From NCBI RefSeq assembly GCF_036365525.1, contig NC_090371.1:36253387-36317386 (forward strand): 64,000 bases of DNA. Reading direction: 5' to 3'. This document shows, in pieces, positions 50,311-64,000 of this stretch. Below the pieces are notes generated by a model that was not told where the DNA came from, did not search any database, and saw nothing but the letters and a program-made list of their open reading frames with translations. Numbering within the stretch: the first letter of the stretch is position 1; every line of letters begins with the position of its first letter. Position numbers and translations under genes: made by a program. Origin of the DNA: Heterodontus francisci (taxonomy: Eukaryota).

Positions 50311-51679
50311 TACAGTGGCATGGTGGTTATGTTACTGGACTAGTAATCCAAAAGCCCGGACTAATGATTTAGAGACATGAGTTCAAATCCCATCATGACA
50401 GTTGGGGAATTTAAATTCAGTTAATTAAATAAAATCTGAAATTAAAAGAACATTACCAGCAATGGTAAACATGAAACTACCAGATTGTTGTAAAAACAAA
50501 TCTGGTTCACGAATGTCCTTCAGGGAAGGAAATCTGCCATCATTACCCAGTCTGGACTACATATGACTCCAGACCCACAGCAATGTGGTTGACTCTTAAC
50601 TTCCCTCTGAAATGGCCTAGCAAGCTACTCAGTTGTAACATAACCATGACAAAAAGCAATAAGATGGAAACCAGACTGACTACCTGACATCGTCCGAGGC
50701 ACCGGACTTAATAAAGACACACCCAGCCCAGTCAACCCTTCAACATCCTCCTCACTAACATCTGGGGACTTTTGCCAAAATTGGGAGAGCTGTCCTACAG
50801 ACTAGTCAAGTAACAGACTGACATAGTCATACTCACAGAATCATATATTTCAGCCAACATCTCAGACTCTCTCATCATCATCCCTGGGTATGCCCTGTTC
50901 CACTGACAGATCAGACACACCAGAAGTGGTGGCACTGGCTATCCTGAACATTGACTTCAGACCCCATGAAGTCTCATACCATCAGGTCAAACATGGGCAA
51001 GGAAATCTCCTGCTGGTTATCACCTACGGCCCTCCTTCAGCTGATGAATCAGTACTCCTCCATGTTGAACACCACTTGGAAAAAACTCTGAGGATAGCAA
51101 GGGCACAGCAATTACTCTGGGTGGGAGATGTCAATATCCATTACCAGGAGGGACTCGAAGCACCACTACTGACCAAGCTGGCTGAGTCGTGAAGAACATA
51201 GCTGATGGACTAGTTTGCAGTCGGTAGTGAGAGTGCCAACACGAGCAAAAAACCTACTTGTTTTTGCGCTCACCAGTATGCCTGTCACAGATGCATCTGC
51301 CCATGACAGTATTGATAGGAGTGACCACCACACAGTCCTTGTGGAAATGAAGGCTCATCCTCACACTGAGGACACTACCACTGTCCTAAATGGGATAGAT
51401 TCAGAACAGATCTGGCAGCTCAAAACTGGGCATCAATGAAGCACTGTCGACCACCAGCAGCATTAGATTAGTTTCCAATCATAAGCTGTATCCTCATGGC
51501 CTGACATACCCCTCACTCTACCATTACCATCAAGCTAGGCGACCAAACCTGCTTCAATGAGAAGTCTAGAAGAGCATGCCAGGAGCAGCACCATGCATAC
51601 CCAAACATCAGTTGTCACCTTGGTGAAGCGACAACACAGGACTACTTGTCTGCTAGACATCAGAAAAAGCATGTGATAG
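50311..51679 (+). mobile_element. Second (degenerate, 5' half) copy of the tRNA-headed single-ORF LINE
   Basis: A box TGGCATGGTGG 50316-50326, anticodon arm CTGGA-CTAGTAA-TCCA, B box AGTTCAAATCC 50380-50390, same middle domain, then LLTNIWGLLPKLGEL. Confidence 0.85.
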
Positions 51680-52520
51680 TGTTATGACCAAGGCAGGAGG
51701 AGTGCACTGTCTTTTCTAGTTCCAATTCTCCACAGGTCACAATATATATTTAAATGTTTACCCAATTACCAACACAGTTAATTAAATACTCTTTATCCCA
51801 GAATAAAATACAACAACCAGGTTTCTTTAATAAACAACAAAATTATCAGTTGATTATAAAATAAGACTTATCCAGTAACAAAGCAAATCATTAACACAGA
51901 GATTGAAATACACCCCCCATCCCCCCCACACACACACACTCATAATGAAAAAAATAAAGAAATTCTACAAAATAAAATAAAAAAGAATACTTTGGTGAAA
52001 TACTTGCTAATTCTTGAAGAAGAAAAAAGATATGGAAAGATGTCAGTTGTCGCTATTGGTCTAGGTATACAGAAACAGGTCACTGGGATCTTTTCAGAAG
52101 CAGTTCATCTGGAGATGTCAAGAAATAGTCTGGTCGGCTTTCCAGGAGAAATGTGGTATCAGGGGTTTCAGTGATCACACTTTGGATTCACAGGGTTTTT
52201 ACAAAGAGGTAGAGAAAGAGGAGCTGACACTCTGGATTTCTCTGGGTCTCTTAGACAGGTGAAGGAAAGATGAACTGGGGGTTTCTTTTCAGCACGCTAC
52301 AAAGCCAATGGCTTTTCAACACTGTCCACACCCCAACTGAACCAAAACAATATCTTAGAAACAAAATTAATTCCTGACCCTCATAAATCTTGACTTGTAC
52401 TTCTCTGTAAACATCTTCCCAAAGTCACCAAGGTTTCTGTTATTTATTTACCTTAAGGCATGTGATATCCAGTAAAGGTTGTTTTCGAATACAACATCTC
52501 AAGTGTCCTTTCAGTGAACC
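51680..52520. mobile_element. Possible solo LTR
   Basis: Starts TGTTATGA, non-coding, abruptly interrupts the LINE. 3' end unclear. Confidence 0.35.
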
Positions 52521-54505
52521 CACTCATTCCAGGTTTCAATCTAGTAAATCTCCTCTGAACCGCCTCCAACGCATTTACATCCTTTCTAAATAAGGAGACC
52601 AAAACTGCACACAGTATTTGAGATGTGGTCTCACCAATGCCCTGTATAACTGAAGCATAACATCATTACTTTTATTTTCAATTCCTTTCGTAATAAAGGA
52701 TAGCATTCCATTAGCCTTCTTTATGACTTGCTGTACCTGCATACTAACTTTTTGTGACTCATGCACTAGAACACCTAGATCCCTCTGCACCTCAGAATTC
52801 TGCAGTTGTTCTCCGTTTAAGTAATACTCTGCTTTTTTATTCTTCCTGCCAAAGTGAACAACTTCACATTTTCCCACATTATACTCCATCTGCCAAATTT
52901 TTGCCCCTCACTCAACCTATCTATATCGGTCTGCAACCTCCTTACGTCCTCTTCACAATATACTTTCCTACCTATCTTTGTGTCATCTGCAAATTTAGCT
53001 ACCAAGCCACCGTTCCTCTCATCTAAGTCATTGATATAAATTGTAAAAAGTTGAGGCCCCAGCACAGACCCCTGCGGGACTCCACTTGTCAGATCCTGCC
53101 AATCAGAAATGGACACATTTATGCATACTCTCTGCTTTCTGCCAGTCTGCCAATATTCTATCAATGCTAATATAGTACCCACTGCACCATGAGTTCCTCC
53201 TTTGCACAATAACCTTTTATGTGGCACCTTGTCAAATGCCTTCTGGAAATCCAAGTACCGAACATCAACGAGCTCCCCTTTATCCATAGCGTATGTTACT
53301 CAGATGTTAATAGAAAAGCTATATACGATTTAAATGGAGAGAGATTGCAGAACTCAGTAGTACAGTGGGATGTGGGTGGCCTGGTACATGAATCACAAAA
53401 GGTTAGTATGCAGGTACAGCAAATGATTTGGAAGGCGAATGGAATGATGCCGTTTATTGCAAGGGGAATCGAGTGTAAAAGTAGGGAAGTTTTACTACAG
53501 CTGTATGAAAATTATCTATGAAAATTAGTTATACAATTAAGCATGTATTTTTATTTATTTATTATTTTTTCACCTTGCATAAAGAAGAATTTATTAAGTC
53601 AGAGTCAAGACTCCCCTCATTCTACTAAACTCCAGTGAAAATAAGTCCAGTCTGTCCAACCTTTTCTCCTGACTTAATAAATTCTTCTTTATGCAAGGTG
53701 CAAAAATAACAAATAAATAAAAATACATGCTTAATTGTACAACTAATTTTCATGGATAAGTTTCATTTTCGAGACAGGACCTTGGTGAGACCACATCTGG
53801 AGTACTGTGTACAATTTTGGAATCCTTATTTGAAAAAGGATATCTTGCATCAGAAGCAGTTCAGAAAAGGTTCACTCGACTAATTCCGAGGATGAAGGGC
53901 TTCACTTATGAGGAAAGGTTGAACAGATTGGGCTATACCCATTGGAGTTTAGAAGAATGAGAGGTGATTTTATTGAAACATATAAGATCATGAGGGGTAA
54001 AATAAAAGCAAAATACTGCAGATGCTGGAAATCTGAAACAAAACAAAATGTGCTGGAAATACTCAGCAGGTCTGGCAGCATCTGTGGAGAGAGAAGCAAA
54101 GTTAATGTTTCAGGTCTGTGAACTTTAATCAGAACATGATCATGTTCATAAGGGGACTTGATAGAGTGGATACCCAGAGGAAGTTTCCTCTTGTGGGAGA
54201 GACTAGAACTAGGGGACACAGTTTAAGAATAAGAGGTCTCCCATTTAAAATGGAGATGAGGAGAATTTTTTTTGTCTCAAAGAAACTTTAGTCTGTGGAA
54301 TTCTCTTCCCCAGAGAGCAGTGGAGACTGGGTCATTGAATTTATTCAAGGTTGAGTTAGATTTTTGATAGGGAGTCAAGGGTTATGAGGATCAGACAGGA
54401 AAGTGGAGTTGAGATCACAACCAGATCAGCCATGATCTTATCGAATGGCACAGCAGGCTCGAAGGGCAGAATGGCCTACTCCTGCTCCTAAGTCCTATAT
54501 TCCTA
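52520..54505. mobile_element. Two degenerate CR1 RT fragments in divergent orientation (52520-53290 minus; 53310-54505 plus)
   Basis: Both encode LNGE.LQNS.VQ.D.G.LVHESQKVSMQVQQ on opposite strands. Confidence 0.8.
53505..53766. repeat. AT-rich inverted repeat (~97-bp arms, 66-bp spacer)
   Basis: 53505-53602 is the reverse complement of 53669-53766 with few mismatches. Confidence 0.85.
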
Positions 54506-55489
54506 AAGGACATTAGTGAACCAGATGGGTTTTTACAACAAGCGGCAATAGATTCATGGCACCATTATGGAGACTTGCTTTCAATTCCAGATTTCTATTA
54601 ATTAATTTAATTTAAATTCCACCAGCTGCCATGTCCCCAGGGCATTACCCTGAGTTGGTGGATTACTAGTTCAGTAACATTACCACTACACCACCTTCTC
54701 CCCTATGACATGGTGGAATACTCCCCACTTGCCTGGATGAGTGCAGCTCCAATAATACACAAGAAGCCGACAGCATCCTGGACAACACAGCCTACTTTAT
54801 TGGCACTCCATGCACCACATTAAACATTCACTCCCTTCACTACACAGTAGCAGCAGTGTGTACCATCTATAAGATGCACTGCAGCAACTCATCAAGGCTT
54901 CTTCGACAACACCTCCCAGAACCTCTCGTGGCTGGAACAAAGGCAGCAGGTGTATGGGAACACCACTATGTCCAAGTTTCCCTCCAAGTCTTAGACCATC
55001 TGATTTGGAAATATATCACCGTTCCTTCATCATTGCAGGGTCAAAATCGTGGAACTCTCTATTTAACAGCACTGTAAGTGTACTTTCACTACACAAACTG
55101 CAGCAGTTCAAGAAGGCAGATCACCACCACGTCCTCAAGGGCAATTAAGGATGGACAAGAAATGCTTGCCCACATCCCATGAACAAATAAAAAGTTTCAT
55201 ATTTTGCAGCCAGGTTATAATTATCACTTCACTCATAGGAGAGACTGTCACTTTTCAATCTTAATATCATCCCAAGGGAAGGCAACATCAATGTGTACCC
55301 AATATTACAAACGCTGCAGGTGTCATTAAAGCTGGGCTAACCTAACCCCCAAAGGTGAGTATTAATGCCTGAACCTATTTAATGGAATAATCTGTAATCA
55401 TTACCTAAACAATGTGGACAATGCAATCACAGTTTCAATCTAATTAGATCATCATATTGCTTGAGCTACCGATTAGGTTTTTTCAGTAT

Positions 55490-58400
55490 GGCCTTCTACT
55501 AAAATAAGGAAAAAAGCTAAACGGAAAACCCGGCATCAACCTAGGCACTGGAAACGATAACAGCAAACGCAGCCTTGTCGACCCTGCAAAGTCCACATTA
55601 CTAACATCTGGCACTTGGCCAAAACTGGGAGAGCTGTGCCATAGACTAGTCAATATCAGCCTAATAGTCATATTCACAGAAACATACATTACATTCAATG
55701 TCCCAGACACCACCATCACCATCCTTGGGTATGTCTTGTCCCACCAGCAGGACAGACCCGCCAGAGGTGGCAGCACAGTGCTATACAGTCGGGAGGGAGT
55801 TGCCGTTGGAGTCCTCAACATTGACTCTGGACCCCATGAAGTCTCATGGCATTAAGTTAAACATGGGTAAGGAAACCTCCTGCTGATTACCACCTACTGC
55901 CCCCCCCCACCCCCACCTCCCAGCTGATGAATCAGTACTCCTCCATGTTGATCACCACTTGGAAGAAGCACTGAGGGTGGCAAGGGCACAGAATGTACTC
56001 TGCATGGGGGATTTTAATGTCCATCAGCAACAGTAGCTCGGTAGCGTCATTACTGATGGAGCGGGCTGAGTTTTGAAAGACATATCTGCCAAACTGGGCC
56101 TGCGGCAGTTGGTGAAGGAACCAACCAAGAAGGAAAAACCTACTAGACCTTGTCCTCACCAATCTACCTGTTGCAGATGCATCTGTCCATGACAGTATTT
56201 GTAGGAGTGACCACTGCACAATCCTTGTGAAAACAAAGTCCCATCTTCACTTTGAGGATACCCTCCATCGTGTTATGTGGCAGTACCATCATGCTAAATG
56301 GGATAGATTTTGAACAGATCTAGCAACTCAAATGTGGGCATCCATGAGGTGCTTGGGCCATCAACAGCAGCAGAATTGAATTTAAACATAATCTGTAAAC
56401 TCATGGCCCAACATATCCCTCACTCTGCCATTACCACCAATGAGGAGTGTAGGAGAGCATGCCAGGTGCAGCACCAGGCTTATCTAAAACTGAGCTGTCA
56501 ACCCAGTGAAGCAACAACACAGGACGACGTGCATGCCAAACAGCGGAAGCAGCTTGCAATAAACTGAGCTAAGCAATCTCACAACCAACAGATCAGATCA
56601 AAGCTCTGCAGTCCTGGCACATCCAGTTGTGAATGATGGTGGACAATTAAACAACTAACAGAAGGAGGAGGCTCCACAAATATCCCCATCCTTAATGATG
56701 GGGGAGCCCAGCACATCGGTGCAAAAGAAAAGACTGAAGCATTCGCAATCATCTTTAGCCAAAAGTGCTGAGTTGATTATCCATCTTGGCCTCCTCCTGA
56801 GACCCCCAGCATCACAGGTGTCAGTCTTCAGCCAATCCGATTCATTGCACATGATATCAAGAAATGGCTGAAGGTACTGGATACTGAAAAGGCTATGGGT
56901 CCTGACAACATCCTGGCTGTAGTACTGAAGACCTGTGCTCCAGAACTAGCCGTGCCCCTAGTGAAGCTGTTCCAGTACAGCTACAACACTGGCATCTACC
57001 TGGCAATGTGGAAAATTGCCCAGGTATGTCCTATCCACAAAAAACAGGACAAATCCAACCCGAACAATTACTGCCCCATCAGTCTTCTTTCAAGCATCGG
57101 CAAAGTGATGGAACGTGTCGTCGACAGTGCTATCAAGTGCCACTTAAACAGCAATAACCTGCGCACCGATCCTCAGTTTGCATTCTGACAGGGCCACTTG
57201 GCTCCTGACCTCATTACATCCTTTGTCTAAACAGGGACCAAAGAGCTGAACTCCAGTGGTGAGGTGAGAGTGATTAAAACTATAGAACCATAGAAAAAAA
57301 TGGCACAGAAGGAGGCCATTCAGCCCGTTGAGTCTGTGCTGACTGAAAAAGCTAGCTACCCAATCTAATTCCACCTTCCAGCACCTGGTCCATAGCCTTG
57401 CCGGATACAGCACTTCAGCTGCAGGTCCAGGCACCTTTTAAAAGAATTGAGGGTTTCTGCCTCCACCACCATTTTAGGCAGTGAATTCCAGACACCCTCT
57501 AGGTGAAAAAGCTTTTCCTCATGTCCCCTCTAATCCTTCTAGCCTTAAATCTGTGTCCCCTGGTAATTGACCTCTCCACTAGGGAAATAAGTCCTTCCTG
57601 TATACTCTATCCAGGCCCCTCATAATTTTGTACACCTCAATTAAGTCACCCCTCAGCCTCCTCTGTTCTAAGGAAAGCAACCCTAGCCTATCCAATCTTT
57701 CCTTATAGCTGCAACTTTCGAACCCTGGCAACAGTCTTGTAAAACTCCTCTGTACTCTCTCCAGAGCAATTATGTCCTTCCTGTAATGTGGAAACCAGAA
57801 CTGTACGCAATACTCCAACTGTGGCCTAACCAGCATTTTATACAGTTCCAGTATTACATCCCTGCTTTTGTATTCTACACCTCAGCCAATAAAGGAAAGC
57901 ATTCCATATGCCTTCTTCACCACTCTATCTATCTGTCCTGCCAGCTTCAGGGACCTGTGGACATACACTCCAAGGTCTCTCACTTCTTCTACCCTTCTCA
58001 ATATCCTCCCATTTATTGTGTATTCCCTCGCTTTATTTGCCCTCCCCAAATGCATTACCTCACACTTCTCTGGATTCCATTTGCCACCTTTCTGCCCACA
58101 CAACCAAACCATTGATATGTTTCTGGAGTCGATGGCTATCCTCTCCATTATTAACTACACAACCAATTTTTGTGTCATCAGCAAATTTCCCAATCATGAC
58201 TCCCATATTTAAGTCCAAATCATTAATATATATTACAAACAGCAAGTGACCCAACACTGAGCCCTGTGGAAGGCCACTGGAAACAGCTTTCCATTCACAA
58301 AAACATCCGTCAACTACAACCCTTTGTTTCCTGGCCTTGAGCCTTGAGCCAATTCTGGATCCAACCTGCCACCTTCCCCTATATCCCATCTGCCATGTGG

Positions 58401-60305
58401 GACCTTGTCAAATGTCTTACTAAAATCCATGTAGACCACATCCACTGCACTATCCTCATCAATCCTCCTTGTCACTTCCTCAAAAAACTCAATTAAGTTA
58501 GTCAGACATGACCTTCCGTTAACAAATCCATACTGACTATCCCTGATCAGTCCATGCCTTTCTAAGTGGTAGTTTATCCTGTCCCTCAGAATAGATTCTA
58601 CCAATTTACCCAACACCGAGGTCAACTGACCGGCCTATAATTATTTGGCCTATCCCACACACCCTTTTTAAAAAACGTTCGCAGACCTCCAGCCCTCTGG
58701 TACCACTCCTGTATCCAGTGAGGATTTGAACATGATCCTCAGCGCAACCATTATTTCATTCCTGGCTTCCTTTAACAACCTGGGTGCAATCCATCCGGCC
58801 CTGGCAATTTATCCACTTTCAAGGATGTCAGACTCTCTAGTACTTCTTCTCTCATTATGCTTATCGTATCTAATATTTCACATTCCTTCACTTTAACTAC
58901 AATGTCTATATCAACCCTCTCCGTTGTGAAGACAGAGACAAAAAGCTCATTCAGAACCCTGCCCACATCTTCTGCATCCACGCTTAAGTTCCCTTGTACA
59001 TCTCTGATAGGCTCTACCCTTTCCTTCGTTATCCTTTTGCTCGTAATGTACTAATAAAACATCATTGGGTTTTCCTTGATTTTACCTGTCAATTATTTTT
59101 CATGTCCTCTGTTTACTTTTCTAATTTCCTTTTCCCTGATTGCCCTGGATATCAAGGCAGCATTTGACTGTGTGTGGCATCAAGGGGTCCTAGCCAAATT
59201 GAAGTGAATGAGAATCAAGGGGAAAACTCTCCACTGATTGGAGTCATACCTAACACAAAGGAAGATGGTTGTGGTTGTTGGAAGGAAATCATTTCAGCCC
59301 CAGGACATCACTGCAGGAGTTCCTCAGGGTAGTGTCCTAGGCCCAACCATCTTCAACTGCTTCATCAATGACCTTGCCTCCATCCTCAGGTCAGAAGTGG
59401 GGATGCTCACTGATGATTGTGCAATATTCAGTACCATTCGCAACTCCTCAGATACTGAAGCAGTCTGTGTCCATATGCAGCAAGACCTGGACAACATTCA
59501 GGCATAGGCTGATAAGTGGTAAGTAACATTTGTGCCACACAAGTGCCAAGCAATGACCATCTTCAACAAGAAAGAATCTAATGATCTCCCCTTAACATTC
59601 AATGGTATTACCATCGCTGAATCCCCCACTATCAACATTCTGGGGGTTACCATTGACCAGAAACGGAACTGGACCAGTCACACAAATACTGTGGTTACAA
59701 GAGCAGGTTAGAGGCTAGGAATTCTGCGGCGAATAACTCACCTCCTGACTCCCCAAAGCCTGACACAAGTTAGTTATGTGATGGAATACTCTCCACTTGC
59801 CTGGATGACTGCGGCTCCAAAAACACTCAGGAAGTTCGACACCATCCAGGACAAAGCAGCCCGTTTGATCGTCACCCCATCCACCACCTTTAACATTCAC
59901 TCCCTCCACCACCGGTGCACAGTGACAGCAGTGCGTACCATCTACAAGATGCACTGCAGCAACTCACTAAGCTTCCTTCGGCAGCACCTTCCAAACCCAC
60001 AACCTCTACCATCTAGAAGGACAAGGGCAGCAGGTGTATGGGAACGCCCCCACCTGCAAGTTCCCCTCCAAGTCACACACCATCCTGACTTGGAAATATG
60101 TTGCCGTTCCTTCATTAGCGCCGGATCAAAATCCTGGAACTCTCTCCCAAACAGCACTGTGGGTGTACCTGCACCAGATGGACTGCATCGATTCCAGATA
60201 GCAGCAGCTAGCACCTACTCAAGGGCAATTAGAGATGGTCAACAAACACCGGCCTTGCCAGTGATGCCCACATACCATGAAAGAATAATGAATAAATAAA
60301 TAAAT
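55490..60305 (+). mobile_element. Third degenerate copy of the single-ORF LINE, split by an antisense CR1 (57276-59136)
   Basis: EVRVI|ALDIKAAFD reads through a TGATT duplication (57271-57275 and 59137-59141). The tail ends aataatgaataaataaa. Confidence 0.85.
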
Positions 60306-61289
60306 TGGTACTGGAATTAGTGCCTGTTGTCTATTGTAGAAGGAGTGTGAAGCTGTTGCTGGAAAGTATGGTTTAGACAGAGCTGTTAAATTAAGTTATA
60401 CTGCCACTTTCACCTTGATGTGAAATTGGTTCTGATGCATTTCCACACAAAAACAGCAGTATAACTGAGGACTCAAGTTGACATGACTCCCAAGCATACA
60501 GAGCATTGGGAAATTGCCACTAGGAAGCTATCTCATAGGGGCGAGCTGCTTCCTGGGGCTGAATGGGAGTCATTAACCATAGTATAACCACAGTCTTTCG
60601 GATGTGCTTCTCATTCCAGGTACAGGTCCCTGATAACATTATAACTGCAGACTATATGTATGGTATTATACCCATTCAGTAACTTATTCCATGCTTGTGT
60701 TTCTGCTCAAACAATTTTATGTCAGCTCATTTGATAAAAAAGGCATTGCCTATAAAGGGCTGAGGCTGAGATTTACTCTCAAGGACAATGTGTTATCCAT
60801 CCCTTGCAATATGAGCTGGATCATCACCTGTTTAATAATACCCTGCCTTGTAATTGAATACTAATTCAGTTCCAGTGTCCTCACCTCTGGGATCTAACAC
60901 TAGATTTTCTCCCTTTTCCAGTTGCTCTGTTTAAATTATTGCATGAATTTTCATGAAGATTTGCACTTTTTATGTCTTATATTTTAGTGCTTTGTCTCTC
61001 TTATAAAGTGCCGGAACTGGAACATTTTTCATTTTCGACCACAAATGTTGCATTAGGTTTTCTGAGGTTTCGATGCAAAGCTACAGCTCCTCCTGCTCTG
61101 GGATCAAACCTTATTTTCCCCAGAGCCCCAAAGTCATATATTCATTTTCCAATTTTCGAGGCCACTCCTTATAGTTTGGCTAAGTGACATTGCGAATTAG
61201 TGTCTGCATGTCCTAAATGTGCATGCTGTAAGATATTAACATTACCCACGGGTTGCTTTGAAATATAAGTAAAGGTGTGTGTAGCTTGC

Positions 61290-64000
61290 TTAACCTATAC
61301 AGTTAGCTTTAGCATAATCATGGAAAAGGACAAAGATAAAGTTCTAAATTGGGGCAAGGCAAATTTTACGAAACTGAGAGGCGATCTGGCGAAAGTGAAC
61401 TGGACACATCTATTGGAAGGAAAATCAGTGGAAAACCAGTGGGAGGCATTCAAAAGCAAGGTTCTACAGACACAGTGTGGGTATATCCCCATAAAGATAA
61501 AGGGCGGTACGGCCAAATCTAGAGCCCCCCAGTTATCTAGAGGCTTACAGGGCATGTTGATCACAAAAAACTTAATACTTTGGAAAGCCTAGAGGAGTAT
61601 AGAAAGTGCAGGGGTGAAGTAAAAAAGGAAATTAGAAAAGCAAAGAGAGGATATGAAAAATAATTGACAGGTAAAATCAAGGAAAACCGAAAGATGTTTT
61701 ATCAGTACATTAAATATTAGATACGATTAGCATAATGAGAGAGGAAGCACTAGAGGGTCTGACATCCTTGAAAGTGGATAAATCACCAGGGCCAGATGGA
61801 TTGCATCCCAGGTTGTTAAAGGAAGCCAGGGAGGAAATAGTGGATGCGCTGAAGATCATCTTCAAATCCTCACTGGATACGATGGGGTGCCAGAGGATTG
61901 GAGGTCTGCGAACGTTATACCATTGTTTAAAAAGGGTGCGTGTGATAGGCCAAATAGTTATTAGCCAGCCAGTCTGACCTCGGTGGTGAGTAAATTATTA
62001 AGAATCATTTCTGAGGGACAGGATAAACTGGATAGTCAGCATGGATTTGTTAAGGGAAGGTCATGTCTTACTAACTTAATTGATTTCTTTGAGGAAGTAA
62101 CAAGGAGGATTGATGAGGGTAGTGCAGTGGATGTGGTCAACATGGATTTTAGTAAGGCATTTGATCAGGTCCCACATGGCTGACTGGTCTGTAAATTGAA
62201 AGCCCATGGGATAGAGGGGAATGTGACAGGTTGGATCCAAAATTGGCTCAGTGACAGGAAGCAAAGGGTAGTAGTCAACAGATGTTTTTGTGAATGGAAA
62301 GCTGTTTCCAGTAGCATTCCACAGGGCTCAGTGTTGGGTCCCTTGCTGTTTGTAGTATATATTAATGATTTGGACTTAAATCTGGGAGGCATGATTGGGA
62401 AATTTGCTGATAACACAAAATTTGGTTGTGTAGTTGATAGTGGAGAGGATAGCTGTAGACTCCAGAATGATATCAATGGTTTGGTTGAGTGGGTGGAAAA
62501 GTGGCAAATGGAATTCAATCCGGAGAAGTGTGAGGTAATGCACTTGGGGAGGGCAAATAAAGCGAGGGAATACACAATAAACGGGACGATATTGAGAGGG
62601 GTAGAAGAAGTGAGAGACCTTGGAGTGCATGTCCGCAGGTCCTTGAAGGTGGCAGGGCATGTAGATAAAGTGGTGAAGAAAGCATATGGAATGCTTTCCT
62701 TTATTGGCTGAGGTATAGAATACAAAAGCAGGGATGTAATGCTGGAACTGTATAAAATGCTGGTTCGGCCACAGTTGGAGTATTGCGTACAGTTCTGGTT
62801 TCCACATTACAGGAAGGACATTTACATCCTGTCTCCTCACTATCCAAGGCCCAAAACACTCCTTTCAGGTGAAGCAGCGATTTACTTGTACTTCTTTCAA
62901 TTTAGTATTTGCTGCTCACAATGTGGTCTCCTCTACGTTGGGAAGACCAAACGCAGATTGGGTGACTGCTTTGTGGAACACCTCCGCTCAGTCCATAAGC
63001 ATGACCCCGAGCTTCCGGTTGCTGGTCATTTCAACACCCCTTCCCGCTCCCCGCCATCCCACCCCGCTCTCATGCCCACATCTCTGTCCTGGGATTGCTG
63101 CAGTGTTCCAACGAACATCCACGCAAGCTCAAGGAACAGCATCTCATTTATCGATTAGGCACACTACAGCCTGCTGGACTGAACATTGAATTCAATATTT
63201 CAGAGCATGACGGGCCCCCTCTTTTTATGTCTAGTTATTTTTTTTTTCCTTTTTCTTTTTTATTTGGTTATTTTATTTTAGTTTTTTTAGATTGGTGAGT
63301 TTGTTTCTACTGTGCCTCCCCACTGTATCTGTCTTTTGATTTTTTTTTAATGGTTGTGCTTGGAGTGCTTTGTGCTTTACAGTCAATTCACACCCTCTCT
63401 GTACTAACACTTTGTCTTTCAGCACACCATTAACATACCGTTTGCCTTTGTTCCATGACCTTCTGGTCAGTTATTCTCTGTGACATTGTCCTATCAACAC
63501 CTCTTTTGTTATCTCTTGCCTCACCACCAACACCCCCCCCCCCACCCCCACTTTACTTGCTTAAAACCTTTTACATTCATAATATTCGCCAGTTCTGATG
63601 AAAGGTCACTGACCTGAAATGTTAACTCTGCTTCTCTCTCCACAGATGCTGCCAGAGCTGCTGAGTATTTCCAGTATTTCTTGTTTTTATTACAGGAAGG
63701 ACATATTTGCTCTGGAGAGAGTGCCGAAGAGATTTACAAGAATGTTGCCAGAGTTTGAAAGTTGCAGCTATGAGGAAAGATTGGATAGGCTAGGGTTGTT
63801 TTACTTAGAACAAAGGAGGCTGAAGGGTGACTTAATTGAGATGTACAAAATTATGAGGGGCCTAGATAGAGTAGACAGGAAGGACCTATTTCTCCTAGCA
63901 GAGAGGTCAATTACCAGGGGGCACAGATTTAAGGCGATTGGTAGAAGGAATAGAGGGGACATGAGGAAAAACTCTTTCACCCAGAGGGTGAGGTGTGTCT
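61290..64000 (+). mobile_element. Degenerate CR1 ORF2, running off the window
   Basis: DKSPGPDGLHP, SIPQGSVLGP, KFADNTK. Same subfamily as 57276-59136. Confidence 0.9.
62822..63688 (+). mobile_element. 5'-truncated Penelope-like element (GIY-YIG C-terminus plus hammerhead-bearing terminal repeat)
   Basis: YVGKTKRRLGDCFVEHLRSV...PVAGHFN, EQHLIYRLGTLQPAGLNIEF, CTGATGA..GAAA near 63595. 16-bp TSD ATTACAGGAAGGACAT (62806-62821 and 63689-63704). Confidence 0.85.

Noticed and set aside
57276-64000. Inverted pair of same-subfamily CR1 copies as a composite element
   Set aside because: Independent insertions explain it: the left copy has its own TGATT duplication.

Overview
Eukaryotic DNA from a cartilaginous fish (shark-type), judged by HE1 V-SINEs, Deu-domain SINEs and shark-type CR1 LINEs. 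One host gene is present: a five-coding-exon CD8 co-receptor gene on the + strand, most likely CD8B (5090-11690; signal peptide, IgV, hinge, TM, CxH tail; 214 aa by my exon assembly). The rest is mostly transposons: a ~13.7 kb nested CR1 stack that includes an apparently intact two-ORF CR1, a second single-ORF APE-RT LINE family, fragments of L2, Tx1, Penelope, Gypsy and Harbinger elements, a hAT MITE, and SINEs. Two observations stand out. (1) The single-ORF LINE begins with a tRNA-Thr(AGU)-derived head carrying Pol III A/B boxes. Its best copy has no TTTT on the sense strand over ~3.3 kb, and a SINE in the window equals this LINE minus its ORF. It is a candidate Pol III-transcribed, protein-coding retrotransposon. 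(2) Three divergent CR1 copies all end ORF1 with the slippery heptamer T TTA AAC plus a stop, with ORF2 in the -1 frame and no usable AUG in two of them, which suggests programmed -1 ribosomal frameshifting. All analysis was by eye, TE boundaries are approximate unless a TSD is quoted, and novelty could not be checked against databases.
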